61,970 nt of DNA from an uncultured Clostridia bacterium (GTDB lineage Bacteria; Bacillota; Clostridia; Christensenellales; UBA1242). The position numbers and the translations under genes are program-made. Positions 37,301 to 47,846 of this stretch are shown here, in pieces. The stretch covers positions 1-61,970 of the forward strand of contig CALVMX010000003.1 in NCBI GenBank assembly GCA_944349415.1, given 5' to 3'. Each line of letters opens with the position of its first letter. Position 1 is the stretch's first letter. The notes under the pieces are model-generated. The model was not told the origin of the DNA. It saw only the letters and a list, made by a program, of their open reading frames with translations, and ran no database searches.

Positions 37301-38596
37301 ATGAAATTTAAAAATAAAAAATGTTTAGTTTACGGACTTGGAAAAAGTGGAAGAAGTGCCATAAAACTTTTGAACCTTCTTGGAGCCCATGTCTTTTTCT
37401 ATGACGAAGATTTAAAATATATTAATCAAATAGGCTACGTAAAAGATTTAGAAAAGGAAAAATTTGATTATTGTGTGATAAGTCCAGGAGTAAAAATCAT
37501 AGGTAATGAAAATATTGAAGCATTAAAAAGAAATAGGGCAAAAATTTTTTCCGAACTTGATTTAGGATATATGTTTATTAGAGGAAAAATCATAGCCGTC
37601 ACTGGAACAAATGGAAAAACCACCACTTGCATGCTTTTGTATAAAATTTTAAAAGAAGCAGGAAAAGAAGTTTACTTGTGTGGAAATATTGGCCTTCCGA
37701 TAACTAATCTTTATGGAAAAACAAATAAAGACAGCTTTATTGTTTGTGAAGTAAGCAGTTTTCAGCTTGAAACGTCATCATTGTTTAGGTGCGACGTTGG
37801 TGCAGTATTAAATATTAAGCCTGACCATTTAGATAGGCACGGAAGTATGGAAGAATATATAAATGTCAAAAGTAAGCTTCTTAAAATGGCAAAATTGAAC
37901 ATCTTAAATTTGGATGATGAAAATGCGAAAAAACTTATAAACAACAAAAAATGTATTTATTTTACAAAAAATTTAATAAAAAAAGGCGTTTTTATTAAAA
38001 ATAACTGCATTTTTATTAACAAAACAAAAATTTTTGATTTAAATAATTTAAAGCTTTTAGGTGAGAAAAATTTAGAAAATGTGCTAGCAAGTGTTGCTTG
38101 CCTTTCTCCATATAAAATTCCAATATGTGCATATGATAAGGCAATATCCTCTTTTAAGCCGGCATCACATCGCATGGAAAAAGTTGGAGAATATAAAGGC
38201 GTAACTTTTATTGATGACAGCAAAGCAACAAATGTCGCGTCGACCATAAATGCTCTTTCTGCTTTTAAAAATAAAAATAAAAATAATATTCTTCTTTTAG
38301 GTGGTCAAGGAAAGGGATATCCATATGATGAGATTTTTAAGTTTGATATAAAGGAAGTAGTCACCTTTGGACAAGAAGGAAAAGTCATTTTTGAGTGTGC
38401 AAAGAAATATAATAAAGTAGGACAAACTTTTCTCACTTTTGAAGAGGCATGCAAATATGCTATTTCTAAAGCGAAAAGCGGCGACACTGTTTTGCTTTCG
38501 CCGGCTTGCTCAAGTTTTGATGAATTTTCGTCTTACGCTGAACGTGGAGAAAAATTTAAGGAAATTGTTTTGAGGTTTATTAGTGAACAAAATTAA
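37301..38596 (+). CDS. murD: MurD ligase
   Basis: GLGKSG, TGTNGKTTT, EVSSFQLE, DDSKATN, LSPACSSFD. Confidence 0.97.
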   Translation: MKFKNKKCLVYGLGKSGRSAIKLLNLLGAHVFFYDEDLKYINQIGYVKDLEKEKFDYCVISPGVKIIGNENIEALKRNRAKIFSELDLGYMFIRGKIIAVTGTNGKTTTCMLLYKILKEAGKEVYLCGNIGLPITNLYGKTNKDSFIVCEVSSFQLETSSLFRCDVGAVLNIKPDHLDRHGSMEEYINVKSKLLKMAKLNILNLDDENAKKLINNKKCIYFTKNLIKKGVFIKNNCIFINKTKIFDLNNLKLLGEKNLENVLASVACLSPYKIPICAYDKAISSFKPASHRMEKVGEYKGVTFIDDSKATNVASTINALSAFKNKNKNNILLLGGQGKGYPYDEIFKFDIKEVVTFGQEGKVIFECAKKYNKVGQTFLTFEEACKYAISKAKSGDTVLLSPACSSFDEFSSYAERGEKFKEIVLRFISEQN

Positions 38597-39737
38597 AAAA
38601 GCGAAAATATTGAATGTTTTTTCCATAAAAAGTGATAAAAAAACGCAAAAATTTGATAAAACAATATTTTTTGTGTATTTTTTAACCTTTTCTCTGGTGG
38701 CTTTTGGTTGTTTGATGGTGTATAGTGCAAGTTATTATACTGCTGGTGTTCGCTATGGAAATGAATACTTTTTTCTTTTTAAGCAACTCTTAGGCGTTGT
38801 GCTTGGCATTTTTGCTATGATTTTTTTCACTTTTTTTGATTACCATATCTTGAAAAAATTTCGTTATGTGATTTTAGCTGTCTGCGTTGTTTTACTTATT
38901 CTAGTTTTCGTGCCAGGCTTTGGTGTGCAAAGTTATGGTGCAAATCGCTGGGTCAATTTTTTTGGAATTTCCATTCAACCTTCTGAAGTCACCAAATTTG
39001 CTTTAATTTTGTTTTTAGCGTCATATCTATCAGAAAATCATGACAAGATAAAAACATTTAAAGGGCTTTTGCCAGCACTCATAGTGGCAGGAGTATTGTG
39101 CCTTTTAGTTATCATTGAACCTAGTATGAGTGTGACTATGTGTCTTGCTCTTCTTACATTTTTTATGCTTATAATTGGAGGAATCAATAAAAAACATACC
39201 TTGATGTTTACAGGTTTGGCAGCTGCCGCTGTTCCACTTTTAATCGTTGCCGAGCCTTACAGAATGAAAAGACTTTTTGCCTTTCTTGACCCATGGATTT
39301 CACCACAAGGAGAAGGTTTTCAACTTATTCAGTCCTTATATAGTCTTGGTAATGGTGGACTTTTTGGAGTTGGGCTTTTCAATTCTAGGCAAAAATATAT
39401 GTTTCTTCCCTTTGCCGAAAGTGATTTTATTTTTTCCATTATCGGCGAAGAATTTGGACTTATTGGAAGCATACTTTTAATTTTGGTTTTTGGGCTTTTA
39501 GTTTTCTTTTTAATCAAAATTGGACTCAACGCGAAAGATAGATTTGGTTGTTTACTTGCTTGTGGCGTAGGAATACTCATTGCTGTTCAAACTCTTCTTA
39601 ATATTGCGGTTGTGACAGGTTCCATTCCACCAACTGGACTCCCACTTCCTTTTATTTCAAGTGGCGGAACTTCCGTCGCTGTTTTTATGGCAGGAGTGGG
39701 AGTATGTTTAAATGTTCACAGGAATAGTCAAGTTTAA
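38583..39737 (+). CDS. ftsW: FtsW/SpoVE SEDS glycosyltransferase
   Basis: GANRW, IQPSE, TDFIF-like ESDFIF, TGLPLPFISSGGTS; in dcw cluster. Confidence 0.92.
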   Translation: MNKIKKAKILNVFSIKSDKKTQKFDKTIFFVYFLTFSLVAFGCLMVYSASYYTAGVRYGNEYFFLFKQLLGVVLGIFAMIFFTFFDYHILKKFRYVILAVCVVLLILVFVPGFGVQSYGANRWVNFFGISIQPSEVTKFALILFLASYLSENHDKIKTFKGLLPALIVAGVLCLLVIIEPSMSVTMCLALLTFFMLIIGGINKKHTLMFTGLAAAAVPLLIVAEPYRMKRLFAFLDPWISPQGEGFQLIQSLYSLGNGGLFGVGLFNSRQKYMFLPFAESDFIFSIIGEEFGLIGSILLILVFGLLVFFLIKIGLNAKDRFGCLLACGVGILIAVQTLLNIAVVTGSIPPTGLPLPFISSGGTSVAVFMAGVGVCLNVHRNSQV

Positions 39738-40028
39738 GTATATATTTTTGTTTAAAAATATTAATTTTTTATTAATTTTAATTTGGCGTAGAAAAAAGTT
39801 TTTTAAAATAAAAAAATTATCTAAATTTATAAAAATATTAATTTTTATCAAAAAAATGATTTTTTTGTTTAATTTTTTACTATTTTTTCACTTTTTATGT
39901 CAATTTTTTAAATATTTTCACTTTTTTTGTTGATTTAACTAAATATTAAATAAGAAATTTTTTTTAAATTTTACAAAATGAGAATGTAAAAAAGACACAA
40001 TGTGTCTTCTTTTTCCATATAATTTTAT

Positions 40029-41291
40029 ATGGATGAAGTTTTTTTAATACGTGGCGGAAAAACGCTGTCAGGCGAAATTGAAGTTGAGGCGTCTAAAAAT
40101 GCCTATTTACCTATTCTTGCCTCTTCCATTTTGTGTGATGGGGAGATGACTTTTACCAATGTGCCAGAATTTTCTGATATAGACAATATGTGTGAGATTT
40201 TAAAAATTTTGAATGTCAAGGTTTTACGAAAAGAAAACTATTTATCTTTAAACACAGAAAGTGTTATGAACACAAAAATTTCTCATGAGTTGACGGCGAA
40301 ACTGAGGGCGTCTATTTTTCTTTTAGGAGCATTACTTGGAAAATTTCGGCAAGCAGTGATCTCGTATCCTGGTGGGTGCAAGATCGGCACAAGGCCGATA
40401 GATATTCATCTTAAAGCCTTTCGAAGTCTGGGTGTAAAAATCGTGGAAAAACATGGATACATATATTGCAATGCCTCAAATATGAAAGCAGGTAAAGTGG
40501 TTTTTCCGTCAGTCAGCGTCGGTGCCACTGAAAGTTTAATGATGTGTGCCACACTCCTTGAAGGCGAGACAACTTTATATAATGTGGCGAAAGAGCCGGA
40601 GATAAAAGAGCTGGAAAAATTCTTAAATTCCTTGGGTGCTGATATTCGTGGTGCTGGAACTGACACAATAAAAATTAGAGGTGTTAAAAAGTTACATAGT
40701 GGTGAATTTAAAGTTTTTCCAGACAGAATTATTGCCGGAACACAACTAATTCTTGGTGCATTATGTGGGGAAAATATGACGATTTCCAATTTTAGAAGAG
40801 AAGATAATCAATTTCTACTTAATATTCTTAAAGAAAGTGCTTGCGATTTTAAACTAAAAAATGATAAGATAATAGTGACAGCACAAGGAAGATATCCTTC
40901 ATATAAGTTTGTCGAAACTCTGCCTTTTCCATATTTTCCAACCGACTTGCAACCACAGTTAATGGTTTTAGAAACTCTTTCTAAGGGAACCTCTGTTATT
41001 AAAGAAAATCTATTCGAAAATCGTTTTAATCATGTTATGGAGTTGACTAAAATGGGAGCGGACATTCTTGTTAAAGATAGGCTAGCGATAATAAGTGGTG
41101 TGGAAAAACTTTTTGGAGCGGACGTCTACTCTTCCGACCTTCGCGCAGGAGCAGGGCTTGTGATAGCAGGGCTTATGGCGGAAGGTTACACAACAGTTCA
41201 TAACGTTCACTTTATTGACAGAGGCTATGAAAAATTGGAAGAAAAATATCAAAACCTTGGTGCTGAAATTAAAAGGATGAATATTGAGTAA
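40029..41291 (+). CDS. murA: UDP-N-acetylglucosamine 1-carboxyvinyltransferase
   Basis: SKNA, LRASI, PGGCKIGTRPID, FPTDLQ, DLRAGA, IDRGYE. Confidence 0.97.
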   Translation: MDEVFLIRGGKTLSGEIEVEASKNAYLPILASSILCDGEMTFTNVPEFSDIDNMCEILKILNVKVLRKENYLSLNTESVMNTKISHELTAKLRASIFLLGALLGKFRQAVISYPGGCKIGTRPIDIHLKAFRSLGVKIVEKHGYIYCNASNMKAGKVVFPSVSVGATESLMMCATLLEGETTLYNVAKEPEIKELEKFLNSLGADIRGAGTDTIKIRGVKKLHSGEFKVFPDRIIAGTQLILGALCGENMTISNFRREDNQFLLNILKESACDFKLKNDKIIVTAQGRYPSYKFVETLPFPYFPTDLQPQLMVLETLSKGTSVIKENLFENRFNHVMELTKMGADILVKDRLAIISGVEKLFGADVYSSDLRAGAGLVIAGLMAEGYTTVHNVHFIDRGYEKLEEKYQNLGAEIKRMNIE

Positions 41292-42255
41292 AAAGGCGAT
41301 AATTTCTCTTTCGGTTGTTTTGGGAATAATAGCAGTGATTTTAATTTTGTTTTGGACACTGTTTGCTTTATCTACGGTGGAAGTAGACTACAAAACGACG
41401 ACTTCCAATTTGAATGTAACGGATGAAGAGATAATTGAGGCTGGAGATTTTCATTATGGTGCGAGTGTAATTTTTGACGGAAAAAGTAAGTATATTGAAA
41501 ATATAAATAACCATGCCTATGAAAACGAAAATTTTGCCTATCTTAAGGTTGTAAATATTGAAACAGTTTTTCCAAACAGATACATTATTCATGTTGCAGA
41601 AAGAGAAGAGGTTTTTGCCGTTCAAACGGATACGGAAGTGCTGATTTGCGATGACGATTTTCGGGTCCTACGAAAAGAAAGTGCATATGAAAGCACAAAA
41701 GAAAATCCGATTTTAATTCAAAATTTGACTATCTTAAATGAAGAAGTAAAAGTTGGAGACTTTTTGGAAGTTGAAGAGAAGGGCACTTTTGAAATTTACG
41801 ATGCTCTTCTTCGAAACAATCGTGATTTAACTGAGCAAAAAGGATTTTTCAAAAGTTTAACTCTTGGGACAAACTATGTTGAAATCACGGATAAAACTTA
41901 TGATAATATAACTATTGAAACTTTTTCTGGAAGGACATATGTTTTAAACAATATTGATTTTGCCCTGCCACAAAAATTTCAACTTTTGTTCGCTGTGGAC
42001 AGTGCCTTATTTTCTCAAATAAATGAATATGGACAACTTGTAGACGGCGAAGGAAATGTCGTTTATGACTATATTTATGATGATGACGGCAATATTTTGT
42101 ATGATGAAAACGGCGAACCTCAAAAAGGCGAAATGTGGACATATGAACGACTATGCAATTCATATGTTTTAATTGATAACTACATTTTAAATGACTATCA
42201 AGAGGTCGCTGTAACAGATTTATATTATAGGCTTGTTGATAAAGAAAGTAATTAA
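41284..42255 (+). CDS. FtsQ/DivIB-like cell division protein (divergent)
   Basis: N-terminal TM, POTRA-like region ending FPNRYIIHVAER; dcw position. Confidence 0.7.
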   Translation: MSKKAIISLSVVLGIIAVILILFWTLFALSTVEVDYKTTTSNLNVTDEEIIEAGDFHYGASVIFDGKSKYIENINNHAYENENFAYLKVVNIETVFPNRYIIHVAEREEVFAVQTDTEVLICDDDFRVLRKESAYESTKENPILIQNLTILNEEVKVGDFLEVEEKGTFEIYDALLRNNRDLTEQKGFFKSLTLGTNYVEITDKTYDNITIETFSGRTYVLNNIDFALPQKFQLLFAVDSALFSQINEYGQLVDGEGNVVYDYIYDDDGNILYDENGEPQKGEMWTYERLCNSYVLIDNYILNDYQEVAVTDLYYRLVDKESN

Positions 42256-42440
42256 TTAAAAAATTTTGTTTAAGTTTGGGATCTTTTAGAAATTGTGCTA
42301 TACTTTTATTATAGATGAAATGATTAAAAAGGGTATTTTTTTAAATGGCATATAGATGAGTATAAATTTTGTTTGGAATACATTAAAAATATTTGATTTT
42401 GTAAAAGAGTAAAATTTTTAGTTAATTAGAGTGAAAAATA

Positions 42441-42461
42441 AAAAACAGGCAAGGCCTGTTT
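42441..42461 (-). terminator. ACAGGC-family palindrome/terminator, copy 4 (serS)
   Basis: AAACAGGC-AAG-GCCTGTTT at the serS stop. Confidence 0.8.
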
Positions 42462-43746
42462 ATTTTATAGGTAAAATTTCTGTTTTTCCGCCCATATATG
42501 CTTGAAGGACTTTTGGAATTTTTATGCTTCCGTCTGCCTGCAAGTTATTTTCAAGGAGAGCAATTAGTGCTCTTGGAGAAGCAAGCACAGTGTTGTTTAG
42601 AGTGTGCAAGAAGTAGTTTCCCTTTTCGCCTTTCGCTCTTATTCCAAGTCGTCTTGCTTGAGCGTCACCAAGAGTCGAGCAAGAGCCAACTTCAAAATAT
42701 TTCTTTTGTCTTGGGCTCCATGCTTCAACGTCACAACTTTTAACTTTTAAGTCCGCAAGGTCACCACTGCAACATTCGAGTGTTCTTACCGGAATATCAA
42801 GATTTCTGAAAACATTGACGGTGTATTGCCACATTTTGTTGTAATAATCCATACTCTCTTCTGGCTTACAAATCACTATCATTTCCTGTTTTTCAAATTG
42901 ATGAACACGATATAGTCCTCTCTCTTCAAGTCCGTGAGAGCCACCTTCTTTTCTAAAGCAAGGAGAGTAGGAAGTCATTCTGATAGGCAAATCTTTTTCA
43001 TTTATAATTTGACCTTTAAATTTACCTATCATAGAGTGCTCGCTTGTGCCGACAAGATATAAATCTTCGCCTTCAATTTTATACATCATGGCTTCCATTT
43101 CGGCAAAAGACATAACGCCATTGACAACATCGCTTCTTATCATAAAAGGTGGAATGCAATAAGTGAAGCCTTGTTCGATCATATAGTCTCTTCCGTATGC
43201 AATCATTGCCTCGTGGAGGCGTGCGGCGTCACCCATAAGATAATAAAAGCCCGTTCCACTTGTGCGACCAGCACTCTCTTTATCAAGCCCGCCAATTCTT
43301 TCTAAAATATCAGCGTGATATGGAATTTCATAGTTTGGCACAACCGGCTCGCCAAATCTTTCAATTTCCACATTTTCGCTGTCGTCTTTTCCAATTGGAA
43401 CACTTTTGTCAATAATATTTGGAATGGTGAGCATTATCTTTCTTATTTTTTCTTCCACCACTTCAATTTCTTTTTCTATTTCGGCGATGCGGTCGTTGTT
43501 GGCTTTAACCTGTTCTTTTATTTTGTTTGCTTCATCCACCTTTTTTTCACGCATAAGTTTGCCGATTTCCGTGCTTAAGGTGTTTCTTGAGGCACGAAGA
43601 GTGTCGCACTCTTGTTTTAAGGCGCGATTTTGTTTGTCGAGTTCTTCAACTTCGTCCACAAGAGGAAGTTTTTCATCCTGAAATTTTTTCTTTATGTTTT
43701 CTTTAACCAACTCTTTGTTTGTTCTAATCAAATTTATGTCTATCAT
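42460..43746 (-). CDS. serS: Serine--tRNA ligase
   Basis: N-terminal coiled coil, GTSEH, FRKEGGSHG, VHQFEKQE, EVGSCS, TLNNT. Confidence 0.97.
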   Translation of the reverse strand: MIDINLIRTNKELVKENIKKKFQDEKLPLVDEVEELDKQNRALKQECDTLRASRNTLSTEIGKLMREKKVDEANKIKEQVKANNDRIAEIEKEIEVVEEKIRKIMLTIPNIIDKSVPIGKDDSENVEIERFGEPVVPNYEIPYHADILERIGGLDKESAGRTSGTGFYYLMGDAARLHEAMIAYGRDYMIEQGFTYCIPPFMIRSDVVNGVMSFAEMEAMMYKIEGEDLYLVGTSEHSMIGKFKGQIINEKDLPIRMTSYSPCFRKEGGSHGLEERGLYRVHQFEKQEMIVICKPEESMDYYNKMWQYTVNVFRNLDIPVRTLECCSGDLADLKVKSCDVEAWSPRQKKYFEVGSCSTLGDAQARRLGIRAKGEKGNYFLHTLNNTVLASPRALIALLENNLQADGSIKIPKVLQAYMGGKTEILPIK

Positions 43747-43990
43747 AATTTACCTCTTTATTAAGTATAATTCAAACACCCTATAAAAAGCAAGTTTTCC
43801 GCTTAAATTTTGAGAAAATTTTGCATAAGTTTTAGAATTTTGTTTAAAAGCGGACAAGTTTTGCATAATTATGAAAAAAAATAAATTTTTATAAATTTTA
43901 ATGAAATTTGTTTGACTTTTTATAAATTATTTACTAAAATATAACTATAAATATTAAAAATTGCCTGTTTTTGCAAAAATGAGGAGTGAT

Positions 43991-45115
43991 ATGGCACAAA
44001 ACTGCGTTACAGTTGTGGAAATTGGTTCATCAAAACTTTCTTGCATAATTGCAGAGAGAGGTTTAAACAACACCTTTATAATAAAAGCTAAGGCTACAGT
44101 CGAGTATGCCGGCTTTTTTGAAGGCGAGTTCATTGAAAGTGCTTATATTATGGATGCGGTAAAAACACTTTTCTCGCAAATTTCTTCTACATACAAAAAG
44201 AAAATTAAAAAAGTTTACGTTGGTGTGCCTGCAGAGTTCTCAAAAGTTGTCACTTGTGAAGAACAAATGAATTTCAAGTTTAAACATTCAATAAATGAAA
44301 AAGATATTGATTATTTGTATAGCCAAGCTTCAGAAAATCATTCTGTTGAAGATATGGAAGTTGTTTGTGTGAATCCTATTTCGTTTAAGCTTGACGATAG
44401 CAAAAATATTCAAAACCCTATTAGGCAAAAATCATATTCTTTGGGAGCAGAACTTTCCATAATTATGGTTCAAGCCAATTTTGTTAAGATATTCAATAAA
44501 ATTTGGGCAAGTCTTGGAATTGAACAAGTGGAATATCTGAGCGAGCCACTATCTGAGAGTATGTTCATTTTATCCAAAGAAGAAAGAGAGCGAACTTGCA
44601 TTGTTATTGACGTTGGAGCACGTTCCACTTCAGTTAGTTTTGTGAAAGGCGAGGCTCTTGCAAATTTAACCTCCTTTTCCATGGGTGGTTCTTACATAAC
44701 AAGCGATTTAAGTGAGGCATGTGGAATAAGTTACAATGATGCGAGAAACTTAAAGAAAGAAATTGTGCTCTCAGTCCGCGGAGATAAAGATGATGCTTAC
44801 GAACTTATGACTCTTGGCGGAAAAATCATTAAAATTCCACTTAATTATGTCAACGAAGCGGTATGCTATCGAATTGGAATTATCGCATCAACCATAAATG
44901 AGTGTATAAGACTTTTTGCAAAAGAGTATGTTCCATTTTATCCTATCTATCTTTGTGGTGCTGGTATAACTAAGATAAAAGGCGGTAAAGATTATTTAGC
45001 GAAATGCCTTGGGCGAAATGTTTCTTATGGTATACCTCCAGTGCCTAGTATGGACAAGCCGGAACTTTCTGCTATGCTTGGGCTGATAAATTCGGCACTA
45101 AATTCGGACTCATAA
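43991..45115 (+). CDS. ftsA: FtsA-like cell division protein (divergent)
   Basis: EIGSSK, IDVGARST, GGSYITSDL; upstream of ftsZ; start moved to ATG 43991 after GAGGAG. Confidence 0.85.
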   Translation: MAQNCVTVVEIGSSKLSCIIAERGLNNTFIIKAKATVEYAGFFEGEFIESAYIMDAVKTLFSQISSTYKKKIKKVYVGVPAEFSKVVTCEEQMNFKFKHSINEKDIDYLYSQASENHSVEDMEVVCVNPISFKLDDSKNIQNPIRQKSYSLGAELSIIMVQANFVKIFNKIWASLGIEQVEYLSEPLSESMFILSKEERERTCIVIDVGARSTSVSFVKGEALANLTSFSMGGSYITSDLSEACGISYNDARNLKKEIVLSVRGDKDDAYELMTLGGKIIKIPLNYVNEAVCYRIGIIASTINECIRLFAKEYVPFYPIYLCGAGITKIKGGKDYLAKCLGRNVSYGIPPVPSMDKPELSAMLGLINSALNSDS

Positions 45116-45189
45116 TTTGAAAATCATTTAAAAAACTTGCAATATTTTTCAAAATATATTAAAATATTAAAAAATAAAGGAGTTATCTT

Positions 45190-46374
45190 ATGGAAAATCA
45201 ACAACAGGAACTAAATCCAACTTCAATCGTTAAGATTAAAGTGCTTGGAATCGGCGGTGGCGGTAATAATGCCGTTAACAGAATGATTGAAGCAAATGTA
45301 GCTTCAGCTGAATTTGTTGCTATCAACACTGATAAGCAAGCACTTTTAATTTCTAAAGCAGAAAAAAGACTGCAAATCGGCGAAAGACTAACAGGTGGTC
45401 GTGGCGCTGGCGCTGTTCCAGAAATTGGAAGAAAGGCGGCAGAGGAGAGTAAATCTTCTTTAACAGAAATTTTGAAAGGAACTGACCTTCTTTTCATCAC
45501 TGCTGGTATGGGCGGTGGAACAGGAACAGGTGCTGCTCCTGTTGTTGCGCAAATCGCGAAAGAGCTTGGAATATTGACTGTTGGAATTGTTACAAAACCT
45601 TTCCAATTTGAAAATCCTAAGAGAATGGAAAATGCCGAAAAAGGTATCAACGAACTTAGAAAATATGTTGACACTATTGTTATTATTCCTAACGAAAGAT
45701 TACTCACAATTCTTCCTGAAAAAACCACTCTTGTTGAAGCTTTCCGTTATGCAGATGACGTGTTAAGACAAGGTATCCAAGGTATTTCTGACCTTATCGT
45801 TTTCCCAGGTATGATCAACCTTGACTTTGCTGATATCGAAACCGTTATGAAAAACCGCGGACTTGCACATATGGGCATAGGTAGAGGTAAGGGTGAAAAC
45901 AAGACCTTGGAAGCCGTTCGTCAAGCAGTTGCTTCTCCACTTATTGAAACCACCATTGAAGGAGCAACCGGCGTTGTTATGAACATCAAGGGCGGAAGCG
46001 ACATCACTCTTCGTGAAGTAAATGAAGCTGCAAAAATGGTTCAAGAAGTTATTGACCCAAGTTGTAACTTGATTTTCGGCTCTAGCATTGACCCAGATAT
46101 GAGAGATGAAGTGGAAATTACAATTATTGCCACAGGTTTCAAGAGTCCAAATACTGAAGAAGAAGAGGAAGAGGAGGAAGAACCTCAAAAAGAGCCAGAA
46201 AAAGAAGAAAAGAAAGACGAATTTAAAGGATTTAACCCTTTTGGATATAACGCTCAAGCAGAAAGAGATGTTAAGTTAGAACAAAACGAATCATCTTCTC
46301 GTGTTGATGTAAATCCAAGCATATCTTCTATACCACCTTGGATAGAGAAAATTAGAAACAAAGGTAAAAAATAA
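45190..46374 (+). CDS. ftsZ: Cell division protein FtsZ
   Basis: [25 protein letters not shown]. Confidence 0.99.
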   Translation: MENQQQELNPTSIVKIKVLGIGGGGNNAVNRMIEANVASAEFVAINTDKQALLISKAEKRLQIGERLTGGRGAGAVPEIGRKAAEESKSSLTEILKGTDLLFITAGMGGGTGTGAAPVVAQIAKELGILTVGIVTKPFQFENPKRMENAEKGINELRKYVDTIVIIPNERLLTILPEKTTLVEAFRYADDVLRQGIQGISDLIVFPGMINLDFADIETVMKNRGLAHMGIGRGKGENKTLEAVRQAVASPLIETTIEGATGVVMNIKGGSDITLREVNEAAKMVQEVIDPSCNLIFGSSIDPDMRDEVEITIIATGFKSPNTEEEEEEEEEPQKEPEKEEKKDEFKGFNPFGYNAQAERDVKLEQNESSSRVDVNPSISSIPPWIEKIRNKGKK

Positions 46375-46515
46375 AATTAAAAACACATTGCAAAATGTGT
46401 TTTTTTGTATCTATTTTTTTTGAACAAGTTTTTATAATTAATTTCTATTTATAATAGAATTTAAACTTCTTTTATGATATTATATATTCATAAATTTCAT
46501 TGATAGGAGATTCTG

Positions 46516-47694
46516 ATGGAAAACTTTTCAAATCTTACAAAAACAGAGCAAATTACAAAAAGTGCAAAAATAATTGAAGAAAAACTCTTACAACTTTTAA
46601 AAGATAATAACGCTAGCAGTAAATTTGTTGAAAAACAAACAAAAATCAATGCAAATGTGGATAAATTTGTTTCAAGCTTAGGAAATATAGACAACGTTGA
46701 CGATAAAACATATTTAAAATACCTGTTGAGATTTTGTGCACTATTTAAAAATGCACATTTGACTTTGAGTTATACAAAGTCTATTTCAAGTGAATGGAAC
46801 AAATATTTAAGCCAACGTCTAATTTGTTTTAATGACAAGATTTATGTTTGTCGTAACAATAAATTTTTTGAAGTTGAAAAAATTGGAAATTTAGAAGTTT
46901 CAAAACTTATAAAAATGCTAAGTAAATATATTTCATTTGAAACAAAAGAATGGTTTAACTTTTGTTTAAATATAAGACTCAATTATTCTGCCTTACCAAT
47001 AATTCTCGATATTGATTTTAATAAAATCACTTTGAAAAACGGCGAGGTTTTGACTTGTAATTTGGTGGATGATTTTTTTGATTTTGATGCTTGTTTTTCG
47101 CCTTTCAAAAGTAAATCTGAACCTTATGAATTTGAAATATTGCTGTCCGACATTCTTAAAATAGATTATATGGCATGTTATGAAAAAAATGAGGGAGATT
47201 TTCTTAAGTTTGTTGAAAAAGTAAAAGCGAAAATTGAAGAAGAAAACATTTCTACGTTTATTCTTGATATAAGAGGAAACACTGGTGGAAATTCTGAAAT
47301 TATTTGGCCGTTAATTAATTTGTTTGAAGATAAAAAGATGAAAGGAGTCACATTGGTGGATAACAGAGTCTTTTCTTCTGGAACTTTTGCTGCATATTAT
47401 GCAAAAAAAGTTCTAGGCACTCCGCTTATTGGTCAAAATTTAGCTCAAGAGAACATTCGTTTCGGACAAAGTAGTGGGACAATTTGTTTAGCAGAAAACC
47501 TTTTGATTCGCTATACTGAAAAATTCTTTGATTTTAGCGATGTTTTTAAAGAGAGTGGAGCAATAAAACCAGACATTGAAGTTCCACTTTATATAGAAGA
47601 TTTGGAAAATAAAAAGGATCTAACTCTAGAAGTAGCAAAAGAATATTTAAAAAGTAATTTTATGAAAAAAACTAAACAGTGTAACACAAAATAA
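46516..47694 (+). CDS. S41 family peptidase, no signal peptide
   Basis: ILDIRGNTGGNS, LVDNRVFSSG, AIKPDIEV. Confidence 0.75.
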   Translation: MENFSNLTKTEQITKSAKIIEEKLLQLLKDNNASSKFVEKQTKINANVDKFVSSLGNIDNVDDKTYLKYLLRFCALFKNAHLTLSYTKSISSEWNKYLSQRLICFNDKIYVCRNNKFFEVEKIGNLEVSKLIKMLSKYISFETKEWFNFCLNIRLNYSALPIILDIDFNKITLKNGEVLTCNLVDDFFDFDACFSPFKSKSEPYEFEILLSDILKIDYMACYEKNEGDFLKFVEKVKAKIEEENISTFILDIRGNTGGNSEIIWPLINLFEDKKMKGVTLVDNRVFSSGTFAAYYAKKVLGTPLIGQNLAQENIRFGQSSGTICLAENLLIRYTEKFFDFSDVFKESGAIKPDIEVPLYIEDLENKKDLTLEVAKEYLKSNFMKKTKQCNTK

Positions 47695-47759
47695 ATTTTC
47701 TAAATGGTTAAATTAAAAAAACAGATAGAAAATATAAAACATAATTTGTCAAACTCATA

Positions 47760-47832
47760 TAAAAAGATAGTGGTTAAAATTTTTCCACTATCTTTTTTAC
47801 TAATGTCAAATATCTTTTTTACTAAAGTCAAA
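47760..47832. terminator. Bidirectional terminator with adjacent 22-bp tandem duplication
   Basis: AAAAAGATAGTGG...CCACTATCTTTTT; TATCTTTTTTACTAA(T/A)GTCAAA at 47789-810 and 47811-832. Confidence 0.75.
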
Positions 47833-47846
47833 GGTTTTAAGCCTTA

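Noticed and set aside
40029-41291. Fosfomycin-resistant MurA
   Set aside because: The active-site Cys is retained (PGGCKIG).
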